Positions 27,009 through 37,520 of a stretch of 64,000 nt of DNA are shown piece by piece. Position 1 is the first letter of the stretch, and each line of letters opens with the position of its first letter. The notes beneath the pieces are model-generated. The model was not told the DNA's origin. It was given only the letters and a program-made list of their open reading frames with translations, and searched no databases. Origin of the DNA: Lama glama (taxonomy: Eukaryota); the NCBI GenBank assembly GCA_028534125.1, contig CM052817.1, forward strand, positions 84,756,001 to 84,820,000. The letters run 5' to 3'. The position numbers were made by a program, and so were the translations under genes.

Positions 27009-27159
27009 GAAGTTTCTCTGTGTTGGTAGCATTACTTCCCCTTCTGCTTTTAGTTCAGGTGGCTTAAACATTTCTGGGTGTGTAAATGAAATAACAGAAA
27101 TGAGTTCTTCATTCCTAGATTTGATAGTCTCTCTAATTGAACAACTGTATTCAAAGAGT

Positions 27160-27582
27160 GACAGTTAATAGAGAGATTGAACCTGGGCAGATAGATAATA
27201 TGAAGGATAATAGAATCCAGATCACTTTCATTTCAACACACTCCCAGAATAGCTACACTATCTGAATAAAAAATAGTGCTGGGATTAGCTGCTTTAATAA
27301 GGACAGTGATAAACCAAAAAATGTCTAAAGAATAGAGTTCAGGATGGGAGAATATTATAGAAAAACAGAATATGAGAAAAAGGTGAAGGAACTAAACATT
27401 TTTACCCAGAGAAGAGGAAAAGTGCATGTGTATATGTGGTGTGTGTGTGTGTGTGGGGGGGGCAGGGTTTAGTGTGTATTGATAAGCAGGGGTGATGAAG
27501 AAAGGATTTTGGGCACTATTATATGGAAGAAATAGAAAAGATGCCATTAGATGCAAACTCTATTTGTGACTTTAGAGGCAAC

Positions 27583-27614
<32 letters not shown>

Positions 27615-27815
27615 TTTTCTTTGGCAATTAGTTGATAGCAAATGGAAAGCTCTCACTTTTTCATGCCAGGAAAGGCACAATTTTCTGTCAATGAATTTAT
27701 AGTCACTAATGATTTTTCAAGTTATTGTCAGACCCTTTTTAGAGGTACTGTGGGAGGCATCCTGCATACAGGTTGGTTTAGAGACTAAAAGTCCCTCCAA
27801 CCACAAGCTATCTTA
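27160..27815 (+). mobile_element. Degraded L3/CR1 LINE 3' portion
   Basis: aggtgaaggaactaaacatttttacccagagaagagg and terminal aagtccctccaacc resemble L3. Highly diverged. Confidence 0.5.
27445..27716. repeat. Inverted-repeat arm C (inverted copy at 28786-29062); includes (CA)n at ~27585-27608
   Basis: Reverse complement aligns to 28786-29051 with 9 mismatches in 256 positions plus one 10-bp indel. Confidence 0.95.
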
Positions 27816-28624
27816 ATTCTCTAATTTACAATTATTTTAGTTCAGATTGACATTTTTTCCCCTGATTTCACCTGGCCAGAGTTGCGCAGGTTCTAAAACA
27901 GACATAACTGTGATACTCTGCCTAGTGTGAGCTTAGATATTGTTATAGAATGATGACTGTTTTTGACTTCCAGGTAATCATACAGGTTTCAGATAGCTGG
28001 AAGCTTCTTTCTTTCATCAGAGAAGAACTAAACTTTACTGCTTGTGGCACCTCTTTCAAGATGGCAGGTTGTAGTGGTCTTCCTGTGTCTAATTCTTGAA
28101 TTAGCCAACTTTTTCTTATCATGGGCTTCACAACAGCTTCCTTGGTTCTGCAGAAAATGAACTGTTTCTCTAATCATCTAAATTACTTCTACCAGAATGG
28201 TTCAAGGGATGGAGAGAACAAGATCCGATACATTCTAAATGTGAATATTATTATCAATTGCTCTTAAAGGTTGAAAATTTCCTTCCCTCTCTTCTACTTT
28301 ATCAAACCATACTTTGCTGCCACATTGTCTGCTTCTTAAGAAATATATGCTTAAGTGCACACTCCAGGCAAATGCACACTATTATTTAGGATATCTAGCC
28401 CCATATATCAGTCTAGATCCAAGTTAAAATTAAATTAATTAAATTAAACTCAAATTAAAATAATTCAAGGGTGGTTTAATAAATATTCTTTTTGTAAAAG
28501 TGTGGGAGAGACATAAGGAAAGTACAAGGGGCAGTGCTATATGCAGAGGCTAGTACAGTGGACCTCTGACGGCCCCTAGATCTGAAAGGAAGCAGGTAGA
28601 GGCAGTCGCTACCATCTGGAAGGA

Positions 28625-29062
28625 TGGTATAGGCAGTGGGGGAGGTTCAGTTAAGGTGTCCCCAAACGATAGTTGGAATGGGAAATAAAATATGTGTTGG
28701 GGTGTGTGTTACCTCACTGTCATCCTTTCCTTCTGTCAATCACCCTCCTTTACCTTAACAATCAGGCATTCCAAAGTGGGTCCAGAAAATTATTAGTGAC
28801 TATAAATTCATTGACAGAAAATTGTGCCTTTCCTGGCATGAAAAAGTGAGAACTTTCCATTTGCTATCAACTAATTGCTAAAGAAAATGTGTATGTGTGT
28901 ATGTGTGTGGGTGTGTGTAGTAGCCTCTAAAGTCACAAATAGAGTTTGCATCTAATGGCATCTTTTCCTATCTTTTCTATTTCTTCCATATAATAGTGCT
29001 CAAAATCCTTTCTTCATCACCCCTGCTTATCAATACACACTAAACCCCGCCACACGCACACA
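28625..29062. repeat. Composite locally templated insertion (direct copy of A + inverted copy of C)
   Basis: Manual alignment to 26848-27008 and to the reverse complement of ~27445-27716. Junction at ~28785. Confidence 0.95.
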
Positions 29063-29125
29063 GCACAGAGCCAGGTAGAGATAGCTGTCTTGAGAGGAGC
29101 TTTGACCTTAGGTTAAAGCTGAGAG

Positions 29126-29686
29126 CGTAGCCAAGTAAAGCCTCGTGTGGCTGGCAGCACAGAAAGCCAGACTCTGACAGTGACTGTTTGCAGCAAAGTA
29201 AGGATTTATTTGCAAGGTTCCAAGCAAGGGAGTGGGAGACAATACTCAGGTCCACTCCATCTTGGTCTTTGAGTTAGTGATGTTTTAAGGGAGAAGAACA
29301 AAGAAACTGGGATTAATTACTGTCTTGTGACATTTCTGTGATATTGCTTAATCATGGTTTCAGGAGTCAGGATGTCTCTGGTTTATGATTCTCTGGCTAG
29401 TTGGTCCATGGCTTGGGGGTCTGTGAGCTCACCTTGCCCTGGAGAAACAACCTGCATTTGTACATGAATGATAATATCTACAACAGCATTTTTATTGCAT
29501 TAAGACTAACAACAGCAATCTTAGTCATCTGACTCCAGTGAATTAGTTCAGTAAGTACAGGATTGAAGTCAGAGCGGACAAGAAGGGGTTTAAGGTCAGA
29601 GGTGACAAGCATGGGAATAAAGTTTTGGATAGAGAGATTAATCATAATCTTGGCAATAGAGCTCTGTTCTTGGGGGACTGGTTTCA
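29126..29686 (-). mobile_element. ERV1-like solo LTR (~560 bp)
   Basis: Perfect 4-bp TSD agag (29122-29125, 29687-29690), cg(tg)...ca termini, minus-strand AATAAA near 29205. Confidence 0.82.
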
Positions 29687-30924
29687 AGAGCCAGTCTGAG
29701 GCAACCCAGCAGGGAACCTGACTCAGTGATCTGGTCTCTCTCTCCTCTCTACTGCAGAACCCCATTTTATGTATCGTAGCTTCTGAAGCCACAGTAGAGT
29801 TTGCATATAATGATAACTCTTCTACTTTTTCCATATGATAATCCTCAACATTCTCCCTTTGATGTAGTCCATGTGGTCAGGCTCCTGAAGCCGGAGAGAC
29901 CCTGGTGTAGGGTAGAATGTGGATCTGGAGGGGAAAATGGCACATTTCTGGCACCCAGCTTTGCTCTGGAAGCATCAGTGGATCCTTGGAGGGACCTTGA
30001 CTACACCTTTTATTCTTCTCTCTGAATGCCTAGAGAAGACAACTTTGGACCCCTTTCTCCTTGAACCTTTTGTTTTAAATGTCTTCTGAGATAGTATCAG
30101 ATGAATAGTATGAGGGGAAAGAACAGGGAGAAAGATTTCTTTGCCCTACTCTCACCAAAAGCTCCATTCTCCAGCATAGTGGCCTGGGTGGCACCTTTTA
30201 TTTCCTTGCTGACCTCTGTTGTGACAGGGGTAGAGAAGAAGGCTATCTTCAGTTTTTCCTTGACTTTGGATTCAAGAGTGTTGTGGGGAGAATCCACAGC
30301 CATCCTGAAAGTCTCAGGGAAACCTACTATCCTGAAATTGTGCTGAGAAAATTGACCTGAAAACAGTGCTACAGCATGAACGTACATCTGCTTCTACTGC
30401 GTTTAATGTTAGATTAGTCTTTGTGGAAGATTAGTCTGTTTTCTTCCTTATGTATTCTCATTAGGGAGGAAGCATTTTGAAGAGGTGCTGGCTAAAATTA
30501 CTACCTCTATTTGATATCACAAAAGTGTTTGACATTTGCTTCTTTCTCACATATTACTGAGTGAGAAGTCGAAATGTTCAACTCAGCAAACCCAGGACAA
30601 GAATTTGGTCCTCAATGTCACATGCCACGCTGAAATTCTTACCAGAATTTCAAAAATAGAAATCTTTAGTATATGTATTTTTGGAAGACCTGAGAGAAAC
30701 CATGGCTGTTTTTGAGAAGTTGATAGGGATGAGTTGTTTAATAATCAAAAATAAAGGTAGTAGGCTGGGAAAGGTATTTGGTAAAAGCTCATTACAGATG
30801 ATACAGAACGTGGTAGAGTTAAATGAAGTAATAATAATTTGAATACATGAAAGTATCTATTATTGGTTAAAAAAAATCAAAAGTTGAGAGATAATGAACC
30901 CTGCAAGAATAGGAAAAAATATGC

Positions 30925-30976
30925 TTGATTTTATATATTTTAAAGGATTTAAATTTGATTTTATATATTTTAAAGG
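30925..30976. repeat. 22-bp direct repeat, 30-bp period
   Basis: ttgattttatatattttaaagg at 30925 and 30955. Confidence 0.9.
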
Positions 30977-31013
30977 TCTCTGACAAATGATTTTTCTACA
31001 TTTTAACACAGAT

Positions 31014-31234
31014 CTGGAGTTGGCAGACTTCTGTGTAAAGGGCCAGATAGTAAATATTTTAGACTTTGCAGGCCAGGTGGTTTTTGTCACAACTATTCAA
31101 CTCTGTCATCATAGCTCAAAAGCCACTATATACCATAGATAAATAAATGGGCATGGATATGTCCCTCTTAAACTTCATTCACAAAAACAGCAAGGGCTGG
31201 ACCTGTCCTGCACGCTGTGATTTGAGGACTCTTG
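31014..31234 (+). mobile_element. MER58A-like hAT-Charlie element
   Basis: gtaaagggccagatagtaaatattttagactttgcaggcca...caactattcaactctg. Confidence 0.88.
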
Positions 31235-31519
31235 ATTTAGGTCTAAACATTTTTTTTGTCTGCCATTTCTAAAATTTTATATGGCCTTGTTAAAATTGGA
31301 TAAAACTTACATATTTTATTAAACTAAAGTTGTGAGTCATTTCCCAAGAATTCAGAATGTTAGGAGATCATCATATCCTTAGCGGTAAACACGATGAGAG
31401 AGGGACAGCCCAGTAGGTGCTGTCACATTTTAAAGATGCTCGGAAACATGTGATGATTTTGTAGTTTCAAAGCAAAACATTACATTCTTATTATCCCCCC
31501 CCCCACACTAATAGTAATA

Positions 31520-31690
31520 AATAAAGAGAGAAGAAGGAAGCTTTTGAAAGTGACAGATATGTTTATGACATAGTTTGCAGTGATGGTTTCACAGATGTAT
31601 ACTTACCTCCAAACACATCAAGCTGTATACATTAAATATGTACTGCTTTTTTAATGTCAATAATAGCACAATAAGCTGGGTTTTAAAAAG
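31520..31690 (+). mobile_element. Old L1M 3' end
   Basis: gtgatggtttcacagatgtatacttac...caaacacatcaagctgtatacattaaatatg. Confidence 0.75.
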
Positions 31691-31990
31691 GCCTAAGAAA
31701 CGGTTTCAGGGAAAAAAAAAAGCCAACCAAACAAAACCCCCAAATTTGCTCTTGGCAAATAACATATCAGTGTGATCCAGCCACTGAGCACATAAAGCCC
31801 TGCATTTCATCTTACTTGAAATGGATCCATTGAAGGACCAAGAAGTTGTATATTAAATATTAATAGGGGAATTTTTTTCTCTAATTCAATTAGATTAAAT
31901 TTATTCTAATTCTAGAAAAAATTTAGTTGATCATGAGTTGAAAACAAGATATGATTTTTCTTCATTTACTTTTTTTTCCCTTCTTGCCTT

Positions 31991-32990
31991 TGTCAATGAC
32001 CTTCAGCCAAAGAACACGAGGAACACATATACAGATGAACAAGTTGGGTTTATTGTAATTGCTGCTAGAGACCACATGCACTGCGGGGACTGTCCAAGAC
32101 AAGCTTAACGTTCCCCTCAGCTTCACTAATTTTAGGCAGGCTTCTTTCTGGCTGTAGTCCCCTGACCTGCCTTCCTTAGAGCATTTACTTTAGAAAACTT
32201 GCTGCTGTACATTCTTTCTCTACCTTTTGTGACTAAATCTTCTCTCAGCCTCTTTCCAGCTTTATAACCAGGTATGTCTTTCTCAAGGACCTGGAGTCAT
32301 CCCTTTGAAATGGAATCAGCAGGGAAGATAGTGTCCCTATCTCACAGTCTTTGTGGGAAGGTGGGAGCCTAACCTTGAGAAACACTAGTTAGCAAACCCA
32401 GAAGGTCTAATCACATTGACCAACCTCCAACTGATGTCCTCCAGTACTTTTCCACTCATTCACCTGGGGCTTAACAACTCACCTAGTTTTGTTTTAGTGG
32501 AGTTGAGTTAAATCTCTCCTCCCTTTTGAAGTAGGCTTGAATAAAGTCTTTCTTGCCTTTTAAACTCCATCCTATCTGAGTTTTCCTTGATAAAAAATAT
32601 GGACTTTTCAATGAAGGGTAATTAGGACTTACAGGATTTGAGCTTTGGTTGGGTAATTTGGGGGAGGATCTAAAGAAGTAGGTGCTCGCTCTGTCAGAAC
32701 ACAGGGAAATTCTATGCATATCTCAGTAAATCTTATTTATAGGGAGGACAGACCAGAGTGAGGGCAAAGCTGTAAAGGGTAAAGAAACAGCAGTCACTCA
32801 TTTAGATGGTTTGTGCTTTGCATGTTGCACAATGTCCTTGCTTTTGTTTCACTTTATCATGATCTCAGAGTGACCTTGTCTGAAGCTGATGTTCTCTGGG
32901 ACTGGTTATGTCCAACAGGAAAACAAAATGACCTGTGAGCCTCAGACCTGCTTGCAAACCACATTGTTAGCTCTAAGATCTAAACAGCTC
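31991..32990 (-). mobile_element. MER4-group ERV1 LTR (MER67-like, family uncertain) split by another LTR
   Basis: Starts tgtcaatgacc, minus-strand AATAAA at ~32049, resumes after 32592. Confidence 0.55.
32091..32592 (+). mobile_element. MER31-like ERV1 solo LTR
   Basis: cttagagcatttactttagaaaacttgc...tctttctcaaggacctgg...aataaagtctttcttgcc. Confidence 0.75.
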
Positions 32991-33329
32991 CAGATGTGGA
33001 GAGCTGCTTTTTTCTTTTTCACTTTGTTGCATGAAAAGAAAACTATTGCTGCTCCAAATGTGAAGATTTTAAAGGCTTAGGACAAAATAATGGTTTCAGA
33101 ATTTATATTTTTAGAAGATCAGAAAGGTCCATTCATATATATATATACACACACACAAATATATACATCCTTTCTCTGTTTCTCTCTTATTCTCATAATA
33201 ATAGTATCTGGTTAACTATGGTCTTGGTGAGCTAGGGAAAAAGTTTTAACTTAGATAGTGGTATTCATAAAATGGTCTCAAGAAATTACAAGATAAAGGC
33301 TATTTTGTCTATGCTTATCATGTAATCTT

Positions 33330-34841
33330 TTTTTTTTAAATTGAAGTACAGTCAGTTATAATGTGTCAGTTTCAGGTGTACAGCACAATGTCCCAATCAT
33401 GCATATACATACATATATACATTTTCATATTCTTTTTCATTAAATCTTATTACAAGATATTGAATATGGTTCCCTGTGTGATACAGAAGAAAAAAGTTTA
33501 ATCTGTTTTTATATGTAGTGGCTAACATTTGTAAATCTCAAACTCCCAAATTTATCTCTTCCCACCCACTTCCCCTGGTAACCATAAGATTGTTTACTAT
33601 GTCTGTGAGTCTGTTTCTGTTTTGTAGATGAGTTCATTAATGTCCTCTTTTTTTCTTTTTTTAGATTCCACATATAAGTGATATCATATGGTTTTTTTTT
33701 TCTTTCTGGGTTACTTAGAATTATGATCTCTATGTCCCTCCATGTTGCTGCAAATGGCACTATTTTATCATGTTTTTTAATGGTTGAGTAGTATTCCATT
33801 GTATAAATATACCACAACTTCTTTATCTGGTCATCTATTGATGGACATTTAGGTTGTTTCCATGTCTTGGCTATTGTATACAGTGCCGTTATGAGCATTG
33901 GGGTGCATGTATCTTTTTAAATTAGAGTTCCCTCTGGATATATATCCAGGAGTGGGATTGCTGGATCATATGGTAAATCTATTTTTAGTTTTTTGACAAA
34001 TCTCCATACTGTTTTCCATAATTGCTGCACCAAACTACATTCCCAACAGCAATGTGGGAGGGTTTCCTTTTTTCCACACCCACTCCAGCATTTATCATTC
34101 ACAGACATTTTAATGATGGCCATTCTGACTGGTGTGAGGTGATACCTCATTGTAGTTTTGATTTGCATTTCTCTGATAATTAGTGATACTAAGCATTTTT
34201 TCATGTACCTGTTGGCTATTTGTATGTCTTCATTGAAGTATTGCTTGTTTATGTCTTCTGCCCATTTTTGGATTGGGTTATTTGTTTTTTTGTTATTAAG
34301 TTGTGTGAGCTGTTTATATATTCTGGAAATTAAACCTTTGTCAGTCACATCATTTGCAAATATTTTCTCCCATTCCATTGGTTGTCGTTTTGTTTTGCTA
34401 TGGTTTCCATTGCTGTGCAAAAGTTTATAAGTTTAATTAGGTCCCATTTGTTAATTTTTGCTTTTATTCCTATTGTCTTGGTAGATTGCCCTAGGGGAAC
34501 ATTGCTAAGATTTCTGTCAGAGAATGTTTTGCCTATGTTTCCTTCTAGGAGGTTTATTGTGTCTTGTCTTATCTTTAAGTCTTTAAGCCATTTTGAGTTT
34601 ATTTTGTGTGTGTGGTGTGAAGGATTGTTGTAACTTCATTGATTTACATGCTGCTGTCCAGTTTTCCCAGCACTACCTGCTGAAGGGACTGTCTTTTCTC
34701 CATTGTATATTCTTGACTCCTTTGTCAAAGATTAATTGACTGTAGATCTGTGGGTTTATTTCTGGGCTCTGTGTTCTGTTCCATTGATCCATATGTCATG
34801 GATAATTTGATAGGGATCACATCAAATCTGTAGATTGCCTT
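33330..34841 (-). mobile_element. 5'-truncated L1, ~1.5 kb, with TSD
   Basis: ORFs 33917-34420 and 33509-33898 match the ORF2 C-terminus. Poly-T at the left end. 20-bp TSD tatgcttatcatgtaatctt (33310-33329) / tatgcttaccatatactctt (34842-34861), 17/20. Confidence 0.96.
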
Positions 34842-35254
34842 TATGCTTACCATATACTCTTGATCAGCTATTGTACTTTAAGATTGGTAAGTGGCAATGT
34901 AAGGATTTGTTTTATGTTGGAATGATGGTCCTGTAATAGATATCCCATAAGCTCATCTGCTTTTGCTGAGTTAAAGATCTCTCTTATCAATAAGGTCTTT
35001 ACTGGAGGAGAGATAAAGTTTTCCTGGTTGAATGATGTGTCAGATACTGAATTATGAGCTGATTTTATTGAATATGCAAGGCTTGGTTGGTGAGAATTCA
35101 TTTGGTCAACTGACTTCAGCAGGTTCACTTTGACCTTGATGGAATTTTCTTCTTAGTCTAGTGGATCTTCTATTCATTGTGTAAAAGATACCTAGTGTCT
35201 TTTATACTGTGAATGGAAGGTCACTTCGTCATCTAAGTGAGTAAGATTCTCTTT

Positions 35255-35535
35255 TTCATCCAACAATATTTACTGAGCATCTCTTATATAACAGACACTG
35301 CTCTAGATGCTGGTAGACATCAGTGAATAAAGTAGACTCTTAAGGATCTTAGCATTTATGGAGACAGGCAATTAATAAACAAATCAATAAATAATGTGAC
35401 AAGTGTTGTAAATGAAAACAACAGAATTGGAAATGATATATTGGAAGAAGGGTTTACAGTTCTCTCTGAGGAGCTGAATTTAAGCTGAGACTTTAAAGTT
35501 GAAAAAGGATCAGTTATGCAAAGATGGAGGTAAAG
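35255..35535 (-). mobile_element. L2 3' fragment
   Basis: tcatccaacaatatttactgagcatct...cagacactgctctagatgctgg...ttctctctgaggag. Confidence 0.75.
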
Positions 35536-36283
35536 AAAGAGTTCCTTCCTTTCCCTCTTCTTCATAGTTTATCTGTCCATATAGATTTAACTAATAGCCC
35601 AAAGTCGGTATTTTGTTTTATTTTATGTATGCAACATTTGCTTGTTTGGCTGGGTCTGCAACCCTCATTAATTTTGTTCTTTTATATTACACTTACACTT
35701 AGGTTTTTATTAATATAGTTACTGTTACATTTTGACCTGCAGTGTCTCACAGATGGATATTGCCTTTAAGTTGTGGAGGCAGGATACTGAACCTGTCTTA
35801 CTTTTGAAATTCAGTTAGCTTTCCATGGTGTTAAGGACAGTTTTCTTCATCAGAGTTTCTGACAGTGAAGTACTGGCTTGTATTTGTAGGTTTGATATAT
35901 AGATTAAGCTCCAACAGCTTATCACATTTTTATATAGATCCATACAGCTAGGAAAAGCATGAAACCATGGTTCCTGGTCTGTTTAAATCTTTTTGTCATT
36001 TCCAATGTCCTGTTGACAAGTTTAGGAGCTGTCTATTGAAAGGGGAGAAGGAGAGAGAGAGAGAGGGAGAGACTGACCTCCTCTGAGGCCTTTTTTTTTC
36101 TCTATTGTAGTCTCTATAAGTGGCATGACCATATTTCATTTCCTTTCAATTCTAAATCTCGGTATCAAATAAGAGTCTCCCTCTCCCTCATTTTACACAT
36201 CCAAATACAAAGTCACTGAATTTGTTCGTTCAATCTGTTTTTCCTCTCTTTTCTCTATCCTGATGTCTTTTTCTATCTTGAGT

Positions 36284-36480
36284 CTGTGCTGTCCTATAGA
36301 ACGGTAATTAGCCATATGTGACTATTTAAATTTAAATTCAATAAAATTAAATGGAATTAGAATTTAGTTTATAAGTTATACAATGCTGCCTTTTAAGTTC
36401 TTAAAATAGACGTGTGGCTAGTGGCTGCCATATTGATAAAGCATTGCCATCACTGCTGAAAGTTCTGCTGGACAGTGCTG
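36284..36480 (-). mobile_element. MER3 hAT-Charlie element
   Basis: Terminal inverted repeats ctgtgctgtcc / ggacagtgctg, internal gtgtggctagtggctgccatattg. Confidence 0.82.
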
Positions 36481-37520
36481 CCCAGACTGTTACAGCAGCG
36501 TCTCTGCTTTCACAGCTGTGTGTGTGCTCAAGCAAACCCAATCCCTTCTTACCCTATACCTTGCTGCCAAAATTAATCTTCTTAAAGGGCTAATCTAGCT
36601 GGTTTTCTTCCTTGATCAAAAATCTTCAAAGGGTTTCTCATTAACTTCAGAATTAAATCCAAACTCCTAACCCTTATATTCATAATGCTCTAAGATCTGA
36701 TTCCATTCTCCACTCACGCAACTAGCAAATATTTTTAAAAATGATGATACTTCATTTTGGCAAAGGGAATGGTGTAACATACTCTCACATGCCTCTGATA
36801 AATTGGCATTTTTCTAGAAGTAAATATGGCAAATGCTGCAAGATACATTAAAGAGGTATACTATTTACTTCACTAATTTCATTTCTGATCTTTAAAAACT
36901 AGAGACGTGGTAAAAATATGTGCAGAAAGGTGTTCACAGCTTAATGTTTGGGGAAAATTGGAAATAATCTAAATGCTCGATCAGTATGGAAATGCTTAAA
37001 TCAATTATGCTGCATCTATACCTGTGAGCCATAACTTAGTAATCTTGATACCACAAAAATATTTATAGCTTCATTTCCTGCTACTCCATTCATTTCTCCA
37101 TTACTTCTTGACTTCAGGCAAATCAAATACTTTTATCCATTTTTTTTTTTTTTTGGTATAAGTTGCTCTGTCTGCTTGGAATATTTTTTCAGTCCAGATC
37201 ACCAAATGTCTACTGATGCTTTAAAGCCAGTTCAGATTACATCTCCTTCAGGAAATCTTTTTAGACTTTCTCCATTAGAGACGATAGTTCTTTTCTTCAT
37301 ACTCCCATGTATTCCCATGACACTTGCATAGCATGTATAGTGTTACATTTGCAATTCATAGCTTATCTATTTATCTTTCCCACTTTCTTACAAACTGTAA
37401 AATCTTAAAAGCTGAAATAATGGGTTTTTTTTGAAAAATTTATCATTGTCTTTTAAATATGTGACACAATACCTGTTTCATTTTTGATACTAAATAATGT
37501 TCCTGAAGAAATGAATGCAG
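36481..37520 (+). mobile_element. Degraded L2 containing an old L1ME-like insert (~36720-37020)
   Basis: aaaatcttcaaagg...aattaaatccaaactcct L2 text ends in aatgaatg. The internal aaaattggaaataatctaaatgc is L1-like. Confidence 0.55.

Larger units (their letters stand above)
28404..29954 (-). mobile_element. LTR33-like ERVL LTR broken into pieces by two insertions
   Basis: ctcaaattaaaataattcaagg...aaaagtgtggg...cccctagatctgaagg | gagaggagctttgacctt | gatgtagtccat...gtggatctggaggggaaaatgg are collinear with recalled reverse LTR33. Confidence 0.7.

Noticed and set aside
30925..30976. Two 22-bp repeats as a CRISPR-like array
   Set aside because: Only two copies with an 8-bp gap in a mammalian genome; simple slippage duplication.
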